Shown: positions 27,387-41,474, counted from the whole stretch's first letter. The stretch is 63,797 bases of DNA, filler included, from Choristocarpus tenellus KU-1152 (GCA_964200185.2; 8 parts of 8 records of this genome joined end to end with filler, not necessarily neighbours in it), one strand, 5' to 3'. Numbers and translations are program-made. The notes: generated by a model from the letters alone, not told the origin.

Positions 27387-28441
27387 AAAAGTGAAACAAA
27401 ACAAAGAGAGTAAAAGTTTTTAAAAAGTGGACATTACAGTGAAGCGGTATAGCGATAATCAAAAGCTGTGCTTTAACATACTAGATGTTGCAATATATAG
27501 TTGGCGCATCTTTGGAGGTTGAATGTTGTTACCACTACTATTGAGACTCATACTCTGGCCACCAACTGCTGTAGGTTCAAAACATTAACAAAACTAAAAT
27601 ACAAATTTGTTGGGAGTATTAGGTAAATTAGTTTGTCACTTGTTCTTCAGTCAACCCCCAGCACACAAGAGCTACTAACCTTAAAAACCTCACCTTCTTG
27701 ACTGGGTGAAGTCCATAATTAAGAACTCTGCCTGCTGCCCCCACAAGCAAACATCTGACCGAGGCCAACTAAGAAGATTAAAGAATATGACAAAAACCAA
27801 CAGTAGAAACTCCTCTCTCAAGTAGAGCACCAAAACATCTATCCGAATCTCACTTATACAGGCCAGCCATGTTTCAGGGCACTGTGTGATGACGAATATC
27901 AACTTCCATACAGCTACCTGTCCATACCAAAAACTCCCCTTCACCTTTGGCTTGTCCTACCCCTCCCCCTGAACCCCAACAACACATTTCCCTCACACGA
28001 TCCACACCACAGTCCCATGCTTTGACCCTCCTCCTCATCTAGATAAAGTAAAGGTACAACACAGCACTTCACAACTACTTTTGCGGCCACTACAACAAAA
28101 AAGTAGAGACTTCCTCGCAGGCCAAGACAAATAGCCCTTGACACACATCAACACGTTGCATCGTCTACACTCCAGGTAAACAAGTCCATGCCTCCCTCAC
28201 CCCTATTGCCCCAAGTCCTTTAAGGGCAACAAACGCAGGAAGACACCATTCATGCATAAGGGAAACCATCAATGACATGCTAAAACTGGCAACCTGCCAT
28301 CACATCCGCTCACAGCAAGTTTCTATTCATAGGAAGAGGTTATTGAGGTGGAAGGTAACCATCAACGTCATACTAAAACCTGTAACCTGCTTGCAAGAAC
28401 CGTCCCATCCATAGATGAATTTATTTGCTCTACGGTGTTTC

Positions 28442-29921
28442 TTATTCCTTGAATCGGTAAAAAGTGAGGTATGCCATGTGCCAGTCACCTCCACCCTTAA
28501 GGTTTACAACGTCTTCCGTCTTGCATGGCGAGACATCAGCATCATCAAACACCAACCAGTTGTCCCCTTCCTGCCTAACCCATCCCATATAGTGCCCTGT
28601 ATAGTCCAAGTCACACCATCCACAAAACAGAGGGTTAAATTGGGGGAGGGGAAGAAGAGGTTGGGTAGGTTGTCAGACAACCCTAATCTGCGCAATTGCA
28701 TGCTACAGAGAGCTACAGAAGTGCATTGATAAAAATCCGTATCAAAGAGTCACCGACACAATGAATAACCTACAGGGCATCACAGCAAGCCACACTCAGA
28801 GCTCCTTCTGCCAAGCAACATTTTGGGGATAGAGTCATGACTAGGTGAGAAGTGTTTGTATCATAAGGTGTATTGCTAGTGCTGCAGTGCTATAGACTTG
28901 ATATTCATGGTAAAAGGACATTTGACAATTCACAGACAAACACCAAAAAGCCGGAAGATTGAACTACCTTTTCTCCTAATTCCTCACCTCCATCAGCCTC
29001 TCGACCCTTATGTGTGACCACAGCAAAAAGCTCATACTTGCCCATGAAATCCGCCGGCAACCCAGGTCCAGCCGCCCCCTCCTTCTGGACAGGTTCTAAG
29101 GCAAATTTTGTCCCAGGGGAAAAAAAAAAATTACCTCCAGAAGAGAACAAATTATATACGTCATCATACTGTTGCTAATATTACTGCAGCATTGGTTGTC
29201 CATTTCCATCAATCACAACATGATTTTTAAAAGATGCAGAGAGAGACATGAGAGCGTAGTACAAATACATGCTTCTGATGAGCCCCAACTTTTTCTCACG
29301 CTTTTCCCATATCATCAGCCATTTTAAAGTTGATTTGATCTTGGAACATAGTATCAGTGCGTCAAAATACATATATTATTATTATTATTGTGTACCAAAA
29401 AAAAAATCATTGCAAAAAAGAGGTACAATGCCAATTACATGCCAGGAGGTGGTTTGAAGATGTTTCAAAATGTTGATCCAACCGTAGTGAATTATGTTTG
29501 CCCCACCATAGATGTATCCATTTTTCTTAACAAAAGGAGATGAGCATGAAAAAGACACTGAAGAAGAAAAAGAAGAGAACACAAACACAGCCTAGGGAGG
29601 AAAAATTGACACCAATAACCAGGGTGAAATCAATACCCTGCTGACGTATCATCACTTAGCAAATGAACTCAAAATCCCAACCAACAAAGGCTTGGCTCAA
29701 CTGTACCAATCAGCCCACCTTCAGGAGCATCTTCCACCACCTCCATTGACATAGCCAATGCAGCTTGAAGCTCATCATCATCATTATCATCATCATCCCC
29801 TGCAGCAGTTGAAACTGCTGTTGCCACTGCCCCTGCTACTGCTGCTTCACCCGCCTTGGATACCTTCTCCCCAGACCCCTCTACCTCTACATCCATGGAG
29901 TCCATTTTGGAGCTCTCCTTG
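28442..29921 (-). CDS. USP14: Ubiquitin C-terminal hydrolase USP14/UBP6, last three exons
   Basis: Exons about 29921-29719, 29095-28988, 28596-28442; His box YELFAVVTHKGREADGGHYMGWVR, WLVFDD and the LKGGGDWHMAY signature of USP14/Ubp6. 5' part cut off by the linker at 30325. Confidence 0.92.
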
Positions 29922-30554
29922 CTGAGTAATTGCAGTCATGGGAGGTGTAGGAAAGTGGTGAGGGCAGCGACCACAGGAGTATTTAGGAAGAGGTGACAAA
30001 CAATACATAAACTTGGATGAAACAAACAAGCCTTGCTTCAAAAAAGCACACAGCTGAGCAACGTATAAAACCCCATCCCAACAATGCAAACCTTCCATTC
30101 CCACAAACATTCTTCACCCTCACATCCTTACAGGTATGGCATGCACTGTGGCAGAAAAATTACCTCAGGTACCTTCCAAAAGTTCGATTTTCCATCCAAA
30201 CATGCACACCAACAAACTATCGGGAGAAGAAGAGTCCAAGAAGAGCCCAGGACTGACCTTTCGAGCAGAAATCATGATTACCACCTCCAACCCCCCCCCC
30301 TGCTCCTTCCTCCCCTCGTTCTCCNNNNNNNNNNNNNNNNNNNNNNNNNNNNNNNNNNNNNNNNNNNNTTAATTAATTAANNNNNNNNNNNNNNNNNNNN
30401 NNNNNNNNNNNNNNNNNNNNNNNNCCATACATATTTTACAGTAACTGTCCGATAGAGTTGGAAGAGTCTAATCAAACATGTCCATGTGTCTCCATCAGCA
30501 TTCTTGTTGCCCTCAGCCAGTGCTCTAGCAAGGAGTAGGGACTGGGGGACTCAC

Positions 30555-33500
30555 GTGTTCTTTGGCAGCCTCTCGGAGTTCCTTGATCAGATCCTTGTTG
30601 CTCACTCCACCAGATTGCCCTTGCACTGTGACCAGACCTCTTGAGTCAATAGCACCTATGCATAGATTGACCGTGAAGTGGGACAAGATATACATTTTCA
30701 GGTTCAACGCTTGGGTCTTACTGTTGCAAAGTAAAGGATGTGTTTTTGCCATCTGCTCCTTGCAGGACTCATCCAAGAGATGTTACGTTGGGTAACAAAG
30801 AGGGTCACTCTCAATGCATTACAGAGCTCACCAGTAAGCTCACCTGGTGTATCAAGGAACATAATTAGCATTGGTAATCTCAAACGTTCGTAATGTGCAA
30901 AGTTGGCCTTGGTGAGGGGTCCCACGAGCGGCATGCTCTCCTGTTCCGTAATTGAGGCAACAGGTGGTCAGACATTTACAAAGTTAGCATACCTAATGTG
31001 GTTCATGTCTCTTGTTGTTTGTTTAACTCCTAGGTGAAATGAAGAACTCACAAGCATTGTCCAACCTTAATGATCCAGTCCTTAAGAGATGAGTTGTCCT
31101 CAAGAACTTCATCCAGATAAATTGCAGGTACAGGTGGTAGGTCGGGCCTGTACTCAAAGAAGAGAGAAAATTGGTGTTGTCCAACCATTTTTGTTTTAGA
31201 CAGTGCTATAGAGCGTACCAATCTTTAAACCAATTTTGTTACATTGTTGCACAAAAGAGCCTGTACAATTGTGCTGGAAATTATGTTCAGTGGATTATTA
31301 TGGAATGATCATTTCAGGGGCTTTACAAGTAAAATCCATCCTCTATTCTGACACTGGTTCTTGTGAAACATCAACGCCTCTTGGTGAACAAATAAGGCAC
31401 AGGTCCAATACCTGGTCAAATATACGGAGGGAGTCCTGTATATCCATCCAAGCTCCTTAAAGTGCTGAGCCACAGCTGCACTCTTGACCACACCCAAGTA
31501 TACATCAGACTAGCATTTGTACATGAGTGTTATTTGGTCACAAGGTTGGGGAAATAGTGTCAACAAGTGTCTGCACCAGGTGCTTGTGTCTGTAGAATCT
31601 ACCTGCAAAGAAGGAAATATCTTTGGGTTAGGTGTGTCTCAGAAAGAGGGAATCCTCACTACTAATATCAACGCACTCCATTCTTGGGAAGCATGATGCC
31701 ATTGGGAAAGGTGAATAATGGACAGGTGAATCCTAGCTTCTTCCTGCACACCAACACTTTCCCTACCTTAGATTTCAGGTCAAGGGCAGCCTCTTGAAAG
31801 TCTTCCATCTCATCCTCTTCCATCCCTTCAGCATCAGCAAAGAACCCAACAACCTAAATATTTTGAAGGCCTGTCTTGTGAGCAAGGTGTACTGCTAGGT
31901 GCAATGTGTCTTTAATTTGTTTCAATATGAAGGGAGTCAAAGCAAGTGAGAGGTACCCAGGGTTGCATTTTAAGGATGATGACAAATACACACAAATTTC
32001 GCCTTTTTGTACAAATGTGTGTGGGGAATTTGGGGAATTCTGTAACAATATTTCTCACAATAAAGAAATCAACGCTCTCAAGTCAATTTTAGTACTTCAT
32101 CCATAGACATAGAAATATGGGTGAATTGCAAAAGATTCAAAAAATGGTTTATAAATACAAATGACCAAAACCTGGGTACCTCTCGTTTACTTTGGCTCAG
32201 TATGTCTATTTCCATCCTGTAGATACCCCACCCTTGACAATCGCCAATGAGCTTGAAATGATCTCTGACTTGGTGAAAGCGAATATTAAATTTATATGGC
32301 CTGGGACTCTAGTTGTAGTCAATTTTTCAATCCAATTCCTCTTTCCCTGTGCTTGTAGGTTTACATGGAGGTTACTGCTTTCACATGAACACGTGGGGTG
32401 TGCAAAATCCAGGGAGGATGCAAAATATTCAAGGATTGCTAAGAAGAGAAATAAACTGCCCACCTCACCCTAATTTCTAGTTCAATGCTGCCCTACAAAT
32501 GAATACAATGTCAGGTGAGAAGTGAGTGCGCACTACAAACATGTATGGTCTTGTTTGTCATGGAAAATCTGCATTGAGGCACTCACACTTAAAGCGTTAG
32601 ATGCCTGACTGTCCACTCTGCTAAAATATGGATTTTTTAGGAAGTTTAGCACATCATTGACATTGTTAAGCTGCTGTAAAGGGGGACCCAGCTGTTTGAG
32701 AACAAACTCAATAATTGCTTGGTGCTCATGTGGCCCTTCGTAGAGGACCCCTTTTGCACCATGTGCTTTGCTGAACAGAGCGAGCACAGGAATGTTCTGA
32801 GCAGCTAAGGCCTCCCCGCCTAATATTTTGGTGACCAAAGATCGCTCAGCATCAGCATCCACCCGCCCCATCAGTACCTAGGGTGTCACAATGCCATCCA
32901 TAGATTACACCAGGTCAAGATTGGAAGGAATATTCAGGATTAAATATTAAACTGCTTGTTCATGGAAGCTATCTGAAATTGTATGAGTACACCAATACAT
33001 TGCACGTAGAACTATACAAAAGTACGGGGAGATAAGATCTTTATGCGACGAGAGGTTGCTCAAATTACTGATGTTACCAAGGTTTTAAGTTTAAACCAAT
33101 GCTCGAAAAAATACTTAGTATGTAACACCATACTCACCTGCATATGTGTCAGATTTCCAATGGCAGCCTGGTACTCAGTTTCGAAGCGTATGCACTTATG
33201 GCAAGCCTTTGATGAGACAGCCACCAGGAGAGGCTCCCCTCTCCCCACAACATCGTAATAGTTCTTTGAGGTTAAATTTAAATGGCCGGCACTCAGAATA
33301 GGTACTATTTGCTCCCCGTCAGCGAAACCTGGGTGAACGGGACCAACCATACATGGAGACTCAGCATTTGAATACCTCTAAGATAAAAGGGTATACTCGA
33401 CGAAGTATGTTGAAACTGGCAAGTATGTCTACTAAAGCTCTACTAGCTGCTTAGGGGTTAGCTGTTGTGTACGAGTGCAATCTTGATGTGCCAACAGGTG

Positions 33501-33914
33501 GCCGACAAGTGGGTTCGGATTGCTATAAATCACAAGATAACTCATATCAGACAACGAAAGCAGCAAATTATCGAGGGGGGCCTTTTCGTGCAACTATTTT
33601 GCTCACAGAATCTGCAGTCATCGCCGTGGTAGCCATTGTCGCAACTGCAAGCGTAGTCCAGACATCGCCCATGTCCCGAACAGTCGTTGAAACACACAGA
33701 TACTGCTTCGCTCTCACCAATGCTCGGATCTGCACGATATGTAGCATCCGCTGCAAACCCAAACACTTTGCATTGAAACAGTACACAAAACGAGCTGGGA
33801 TTTGTGCGATACAGGAAAAAAATGCGACATAACGTCGTGCTCTCGATTACCTTGACTTGGAGCGGGCCCCTTTCTTCCACACCAAATGAGCGTGAAGCAC
33901 ACAGCCTTACTCAT
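30555..33914 (-). CDS. EGF-like + thioredoxin-fold (PDI-like) protein, 3' end cut by gap
   Basis: Exons include about 33762-33607 (CFNDCSGHGRCLDYACSCDNGYHGDDC), 33328-33138 (CHKC), 32877-32587 (GRVDA..YEGP), 31853-31767 (VVGFF), 31509-31412, 31147-31066, 30940-30844 (PLVGPLT), 30656-30555; phases consistent; first exon uncertain. Confidence 0.8.
31934..32198. mobile_element. MITE family C
   Basis: Both TIRs; intronic. Confidence 0.85.
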
Positions 33915-34669
33915 ATTCCATTTGATCATATTCATTGCGCATCTACTACGAACAACTACCCGAAAAAAGAGTTTCTTTGTCAAGACTCCCAAGATACATC
34001 TCTGGGTTCACTCGACGATGCGAATTGTGAGGATAATAGTGTGTGAGTGAAACCAAAAAAGTTGGGATAGATACCCAAACTTTTTTTCTTAAGCAATAAA
34101 TACAGTACCTACCCCTATTTTGGGCCTAAATATTATGAACCAAATCGTAAAATATGCACTTTTTGTACCGCTTTTTTCGACATGCTCAAAAAAATAGGCT
34201 TTTGTGCCGGAATTCTCGTATTCGGGTGATTTGACACAAAATACCAGAGATATTCACGCGAGTTTAGCTCGCGCGTAAAAAATTCTCGCGAAAAGTGTCT
34301 TTCTTCCTCAGTCATGCTACCATACCGCACTACAGTACATTGCTGGTAGGGGAATAAAGTAGAAGCCATGCCTTCTGCCGCGGGAAGCCTATGCAAGATG
34401 CCTTCAAATACACCAGGTCCGCCTTTCTACACAATCCGCAAGTGCAGTAAGTCCAGTGGGTACCTCCATGGTATATGTGGTATAAAGGGTCCCGAACTCG
34501 ACGATGACTGCAAATGTTTGGGTGAGGGGCAGTAGTGCTTGAGAATGGGTACGTTGGGGTTGGCGCAGGNNNNNNNNNNNNNNNNNNNNNNNNNNNNNNN
34601 NNNNNNNNNNNNNTTAATTAATTAANNNNNNNNNNNNNNNNNNNNNNNNNNNNNNNNNNNNNNNNNNNN

Positions 34670-34806
34670 CCGTTTCGGTCAAACAACTAATTTTTTTTTG
34701 CCGGCATTTCAAATCCGACACGTGCGACCACATCACACAAAAAAAGTGAAAATCGAAAAAAGGGTGAAAAACGGACGTCGACACCCCCCCCCAGATACTT
34801 TGACCC
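34670..34806. mobile_element. MITE family A variant, truncated by gap
   Basis: Right TIR present; interior shared with 49407-49562. Confidence 0.75.
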
Positions 34807-35789
34807 TCAAGACCTTTCATATTATAACTGTGACTCTTCTCATACCCGACTCGGCATTCTGTGCTCAGTCACACAGCCTACAGGCTTGAGGGTTGGAGCT
34901 GCATCCTCACTAGGTGCGTGAACATAATATTTGCAATAGTTGGGATGTGCAGTACCAATGCCAATGTGGCCATGTTTTGTTGAGGATCCTCGTGTCACAT
35001 CAACCATGCAAACACTCATCACTACACTACTTCACAATACAAGATGAAATAATCGTACTATATTGTTCCTGAGCACAAAGTGTTACGGCTTTACATAATG
35101 TTGCAACATATACTACAATTTCATATTATGGCGTAACGAATTGCATGTCCTAGTATGGATATATGAGAAGGGTGACACTTACTTATTGTGTAATACCCAG
35201 AACACTCTCTCCTAGTCCAAAGAACAGTCCAAAATATTTGCAACACGATGTAGTACCCGTGACACTGGGAATAAAATCACGCGCAACAAGAATGTGTTGG
35301 CCCTAACACTCCATACCAATACATGCATAAGATTTGCGACATAATGACACAGAATGTTTTAGCAACAGTCTTATAAATACAGTGTTATGTTGTCCAAGGT
35401 GTCAATAATTGCAAATTGCCCACACTACTATGCGATTTCAAGCAAAAAAAAATACAAAACATGGTAGTTGATGGTTACTACGGATAATATCAATAATAGG
35501 TCTTCTCTTACATATTTTTCTGTTTTGGTTGATTGAATAGCACACACTAGCCCCGTCAACACTCAAGTTGCTAGAAGTTGCTTCCAAAGGGCTGCCACCC
35601 CTCACACATTGGGCGTTGCAAGGAGGATGATGTGAAACTGACCAAGCCCAAAGAGATGGAATGAAGATGTACAGCAAAAAGCACACACACCCAAAACGAC
35701 ATATATCTCCATGTACAAGTTGAAGGTGGTTGGAAAAACACATCAATGGGTGACTCTTTTTGGCGCTCCTGACTCATGAATATGTCATT

Positions 35790-36160
35790 CTCAACTCCCA
35801 AAATAGTGGTGAACCACATGACCAACAATCCACCAATATGGCACTCACTGGCGAACCAGCACTGGTGACAGTGGCGGAAGCAATCCTTACTAAGGCAAGC
35901 AGGAAGGGGATGGAACATAATAACCTCCCAGCGAAATTATGGCAATTGCTCTCAACGTTGATGAGATTATTCTGCAGGTTCGCAATAGATTGCGTTGGCT
36001 GTGTGGACTGCAGGAAGAAGCACCACTGGAATAGAACGATAAAGTGCCTGAAGAAAACAAGGGTCGGACTAATAGTTGCTGCACTAAATGTAGAGAAATT
36101 TCATTGGACGCACATGCTGGAAAATTGCTTTCCAAGGTTGTCACACGACGACTGGGATCT
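35790..36160 (+). mobile_element. RTE LINE reverse transcriptase relic
   Basis: CREISLDAHAGKLLSKVV resembles the NYRGISLVAHAGKVLLKI motif; frameshifted. Confidence 0.6.
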
Positions 36161-37200
36161 ATCACACCTGGAACGACCTGGAACGGGATAGTATCCTCCA
36201 TGAGGAGTATTGCAGCTTCCAGCTTCAACACCACATTGCGTGCCCTCCAGGAGGTCAGGCGGAGAAACAGGTACCTCCGTCTATATGCAGGTTCCTCCAT
36301 CGGATTTGTGGCTTGCCTCGGCAATATCATTACATTTATTTGTGCAAAGCACTCAAATGGTCATTCGTAGTGCTTTTATAGGGAACCTGATGGAAACTTG
36401 GGAACCATGTTGATAGTGCCTTCCTTGCTCAGGATCCATACACTACTCCACACAATGGGTTTAGGTTAGAGTAAGTGGACTCCTTATATATCAAACATTT
36501 TCTTTTGTTGCATGTTTTATTGGCACTTTGGCAATGACGGTTTTAGAGCATAGAAAGTGGTTCCCTTCTTTGGATGGATTTGGAATCATGTAGGCTCAGG
36601 TGGAGGTTGGTTGTATCCTCTGCCTCATTTTCTTCTTCTCATGTCACTGTTGTTTTCCATTTTGACACCGTATTTTGGAGGGTTTAAGAGTGGGTTTGAC
36701 AGGACTTTGATCTGTGGTTCAGAAGGAACGTGGGCGGGTGTGCAACTCGCTGGAATCTTTAAAGTAGGATTGTTATAGAACAAGTCAACCGCTTGAAAAC
36801 TTCCAACTCAATCAAACCTGCGTAAAGAAACGCTTTACACATGCGATATGATTTGGAACATGATATGGGACTGAATTTTGTTTACAGAATGACAAAGCTC
36901 GTGGAAAGCATGAGAATGAACAAACACATCCTCTCTCTTCCACGCCAACCCAGAGAAGTTTCTCCAGCTTGATCTTGTTCAAGTCCACCATGTCCTACGT
37001 ATGCAGCCGCGTCGTTAGATGGATTATTTGGAAATGCGCAGTAACATTACTGAGCTGAAGGGAGATACGCAAGTTGCACAGCTCAACAGGAAGGGGTCAC
37101 TCCCAATGCATAGGATGCGAGGTCCCAAACCTTGTGGAACATCAGACCTTGACTCTTCATCGTGAAATCTTTGGTTTTGTTGAGAATCCTAGCAATAAAA

Positions 37201-38145
37201 ATGTTACTAGTCGATTCTATTGCGATTTATCGAAACCGAAGATCGACAAGGAATTTTCTATTAGTCGTTTTTTGGGTGAATGTGTGCAGCGCGCTCCTCT
37301 CGCGGTGCTCGGCGACTTGCCCTCAATTGCCAGCTCCCACCTATATTTTGATTAAAAACTAGTGCACCGGAAATTTCGAGCAGGTTAAACTTCACTCAAG
37401 AATTATTTCGATTCACCACACTGATATATCTTTTTGTAGGGGCATATCGGGGATGATGCTTACGTGCTTCTCATCAAGCCTGATCGGCACGTCTTTTTGC
37501 AGGTGAAGCGTATACTCAAGGATATTTATGCTCCAATAGTAGATGTCTTTTCGATTGGTGCACTACAATGAAACTTCATCACTCAGACCCTTCCCTGGGC
37601 AGGGATTAGACAGGGGAGATGTTGTAAAAGTGGATTAAATAGATTCTAGCCCATTTGGCAGGCGTTTGATGAGATTGTAGGGACTTTGACAGACTCAGGG
37701 TCTGATAGATGTTGAAGCTGCCTTGGAAAATCATGGTAAAATATAATGGGAATGATGCATACCAGACATGCTATACCAGGTTGTTGACAATTAATTCTCC
37801 TGGCTTGGCCTTAAAGAATCAACGACAATAAATTGGCAGGCAGTGCAAACATCCAGGTAGAGAATTGTTCTTATAGCACCTCGACGAGTCTGCTTAACAG
37901 GACACACAAGCATGAGTCGCATACACGAATAACACGTTTATACTCTCTGTACTATTTTTCCCCTTTCTCTGGGAACAGCAGGATCTTGTTGTACAGTGCT
38001 CTCACATATGATAACCTATCTTCCCCTTCTCCTCTGTTTTATGCGGTTCTAAGTTCTACAGGTCAGATTTGAGAACCTGGTCATGGAGAAAATGGGGGCC
38101 AATACTCCCAAAGGCAAGACGAAGGAGGCCATCCAACAACAGTAG
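37201..38145 (+). CDS. Possible small spliced gene of unknown function
   Basis: Phase-compatible GT-AG-bounded segments near 37363-37383, 37440-37502 and 38062-38145 next to a CpG-rich patch; no recognisable domain. Confidence 0.3.
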
Positions 38146-38210
38146 GTGAACGCATATGTGACATTTTCGAAAGTGTGTTGATGCACCGGAATACCCTGCG
38201 CGTGCCTTGG

Positions 38211-38286
38211 GAGTGAAAGTATCTCAGAGGGTACGAGTTTTGCCCTCCAAATGGACGCGGCCCTACCCTCTAAGATACTTTGTCTC
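38211..38286. mobile_element. MITE family B, internally deleted (76 bp)
   Basis: Both TIRs; TSD TTGG. Confidence 0.85.
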
Positions 38287-38435
38287 TTGGGTAGTTACAA
38301 ATATCGAGTGTCATTTGTAACTAGCAGTAGTAGGAGACCACCAGGAAATTGAGTACAGTCAAGGTGGGCTCATACAGTGTTTTTTGTATTTGTGGGTGCC
38401 ACTTGCTAGGAAAACAGGTTTGTACTATTCACAGT

Positions 38436-38693
38436 TATTCAAAGTAAACGAAATATACCACGTTTTGGCCGTTTTGCATTTAACGCAGTTTTACTAAAAG
38501 CAATCTTTTACACTTCACCCTGACTTCTATGAAAAAAATGCCGAGATTGAACGGAGGGCAATGATATCTCTATAGTTTGAAATTTTTCGACAGAATCAAG
38601 AAGTCCCTATCTGTCTGCGAAAAAAAACGAATTTTGTACATCTGTCAGCATCCTTACAATGCAACCCTGGATACCTCTCATTGACTTTGCCTC
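38436..38693. mobile_element. MITE family C (reverse, degenerate)
   Basis: Homology to other C copies; a further partial right end lies at about 38795-38878. Confidence 0.7.
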
Positions 38694-39084
38694 CGTTTAC
38701 CCTGCACGAATCAATGACTATATGTAAAACAGCATTTTGTAATCAGTGCTGTTGTGGTTCTCTTCCTACTATGCTACATCGCACAAATACTAGAAATAGA
38801 GGGGAATTGCAAAAGATGAACGAAGCGCTTTAAAATGCAAAACGGACAAAACCTGGGTATCTCTCGTTTACTTTGATTTACTACCTAGTGCTACACACCT
38901 ACTGTTATTACTTCTACTAATGATATACTAATGATGATGACGATGATGTACTGCAACCAAAGTTTCAAGTACTGCTACGACGAAGTACTCTTAAGAAAAT
39001 ATGTCAGTCATCTTTCTTCTGTAGCAGCACCAACAAGCACAGTTACCTCCTACAATTATATCTTTGATTTCCATTTACTCATTC

Positions 39085-39500
39085 AGATATCTGCTGAAGC
39101 TACGGGAGACACCTCTAAGGCAGATATTATAGCCTTTTGGAGAAGCCGTGGATAGGAGAGATATCCCCCCCGCCTGCACCCGTTGTGTAGAATGTGCCTG
39201 GTGGGTACCCTGAGTCCTATCTGCTCCTATGTCAGAGCCACTTTGTTGTGGCGGGACAAGTGGTGTCTCGTAAGAGGGTCTCAATGGACCCAGGGAACGT
39301 CGATATTGTGCTCTTTTGCTGTGGGAGAAGTACAAATAATTATACTCCAATGGAATTGCCCTTGAATGAGGAGGTCAAGCAGGCCATGGCTAATCCCCAT
39401 GGAGATCCTGAGAAGCTGGCTATGGATGGGCTGTGTGGAGACTGTACTCTGACAGTCCCTCTCAGAAGATGCCGCCAATCTAGTGCTTACTTAGGCACAC
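39085..39500 (+). mobile_element. hAT transposase dimerisation-domain relic
   Basis: DIIAFWRSRG..RYP and, after a frameshift, FVVAGQVVSRKRVSMDPGNVDIVLF resemble the hAT C-terminal domain; stops present. Confidence 0.6.
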
Positions 39501-39933
39501 CTGACTGATCGAGGTTGAAACTGACGAAAGAACTGTCTTGGAAGAGCGAGATACATACTATTAATTTATGCTGAGAGCTGCTACAGGTAGGACTGTCCCG
39601 CTTCAACCTGTGGATCACGGAGCAACCTAAATCGAGGGGAGGAAGCAGTTCCAGCTGGTGCAAAAAGGAACAAACTCTCTTCACCTAGAGTACCAGGATT
39701 CACACAATATTTTTCCGGCTGTTCCTATACTGGTATTTTTACTGTGTGTTACTTCGAATAATATTATACGGAAGATTATTATTGATACTAACTGAAGTGA
39801 ACAATGCTGTACTTCTTTCTTTCTGATCCGTGTGACGCGACAGTAGGTATGAATAGGAACTAGTCATCTTCCTCCTGTTTTTTTGTCTTTCACCTCAATC
39901 AACCCTCTCTCCATAAATATGCGTGCAAGGTGT

Positions 39934-40253
39934 GAGCCAAACCAATGGAACGGTAGGCAGGTTTGGACCCTTTTGCATTCTAAGCCATCTCTCCTACCCT
40001 GTGCAATACACTCTATTTCATTGCTTCATGTGCACAATAGAGTAGGCATATTGATATCCCCTTTTCTACGAATAAAGTGACAGCACAATTCAGCAAAGAT
40101 TCTCTCTGCAATAGTACAAAATGGCGTCTCTTTGCCCTTTCGTAGGATCCTTTAAAATGCATCCCTGTTTACCTCTTAACAAAATGACATATTTTTGCCC
40201 TTTCTCCTGATCCTTAAAACGCAACCCTGCCTGCCTCTCAGTTGGTCAAACTC
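39934..40253. mobile_element. MITE family D (reverse)
   Basis: Inverted homolog of 518-780 with a short internal duplication. Confidence 0.75.
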
Positions 40254-40639
40254 ATATATGTGTAGTATGCAGTATCAGATACCCAAAGTAGGGGAGGGAA
40301 TAAACTGCATTGCTCATCATTCATCAACACACTGACCGCTCACCGTGTGTTGATATTATTATTATTATTTTATACATTACCAGAAAAACAAACATGTTCA
40401 ATTAAGAAAGGATATCAGCACTACTATTTGCTTCGACATATATTTGTATTTATACTAATTGTAGTGGTAGTATTGGAAGCATCATAATTATCATTGTGTA
40501 ATGATAGTCAGAATATTATTACTCTGAGTACTAATGCTGCTCTAATTGTAATGATGATGTACTGTAATATTTCATACACATTGATTGCAACACGTTGGTA
40601 TTTGTCAGCTTGTAAGGGTGAGTTACAGCACAATATACT

Positions 40640-41262
40640 ATTTATTATTATGCCCTCTGACATTTTGCAGATGTGTCAGGGGGGAAACAAATGCTAACTA
40701 TACATATGTATAAACCCTAAGGAAATAATAGATCATAAATGTGCAAAACACTATAAAACACATAAATGTGCAAAACACTAACCTATTTGTTACGTCACCA
40801 ATATCAATATTGTACTACTGCCTTCCTGTGTCCCCAATCTACCAACTCCTGAGCCCCGGGGGGAGGAGCAAGGGAGGCCTCCCAAGAATCCAATAAAACT
40901 CTCGGTGCCCATCACCCTGGTGACTCCAGCTTAAAACGCATGGCACTTCAAGACAGTGCCACTTGCGTAGTGACCGAGACAATTTGGCGTAGTCGGGATT
41001 TGACTACTCCTTTTCTGCTATATCCTCGCGCACCTCTCCCCCCTACCATATGAGTAGCCAGCTCATCCAGGAAGCATTCCGCTCGCTTGCCGAGGCGCCC
41101 AAAACTTTCCACCACAAAGGTGTTGAGGTAATAACTATGAAAATCAAATGATCCCTCGTAGTGGGTGCGCTTTCGCACCTCGGCTGCAGCAGAAGCTACA
41201 CCATTGCTGGTGGATGAGTGGGTAAGGTGGGAGGTTGCCTGTACCTCTGTGAAGGTGACGTC
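40640..41262 (-). mobile_element. 5'-truncated RLE-type (CRE-like) non-LTR retrotransposon
   Basis: Inverted homolog of 41971-42570; encodes RKRTHY..VESFGRLG; GAGGGCATAATAATA tail on the minus strand. Confidence 0.8.
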
Positions 41263-41263
41263 T

Positions 41264-41420
41264 CTATTGGCACAGCATAGTAGCTAAATAACAAACAGAT
41301 TAATGTTTTTCACGTTTGTGACATGTCTTATTTCTTTAGGGCTTGTACTGACAGATTGAACAGTTTTCATTGGTTCCCTCCCTGAAACACTTATAAAATG
41401 TCGGAGGGCATAATAATATA
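41264..41420 (+). mobile_element. 3' UTR-only fragment of the same RLE retrotransposon
   Basis: Similar to 42415-42570 and ends GAGGGCATAATAATA. Confidence 0.65.
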
Positions 41421-41474
41421 TAGAATAGTAATGGTGGTGTACTATAACACTCTGCAGAGTGTTGACAACGATAT

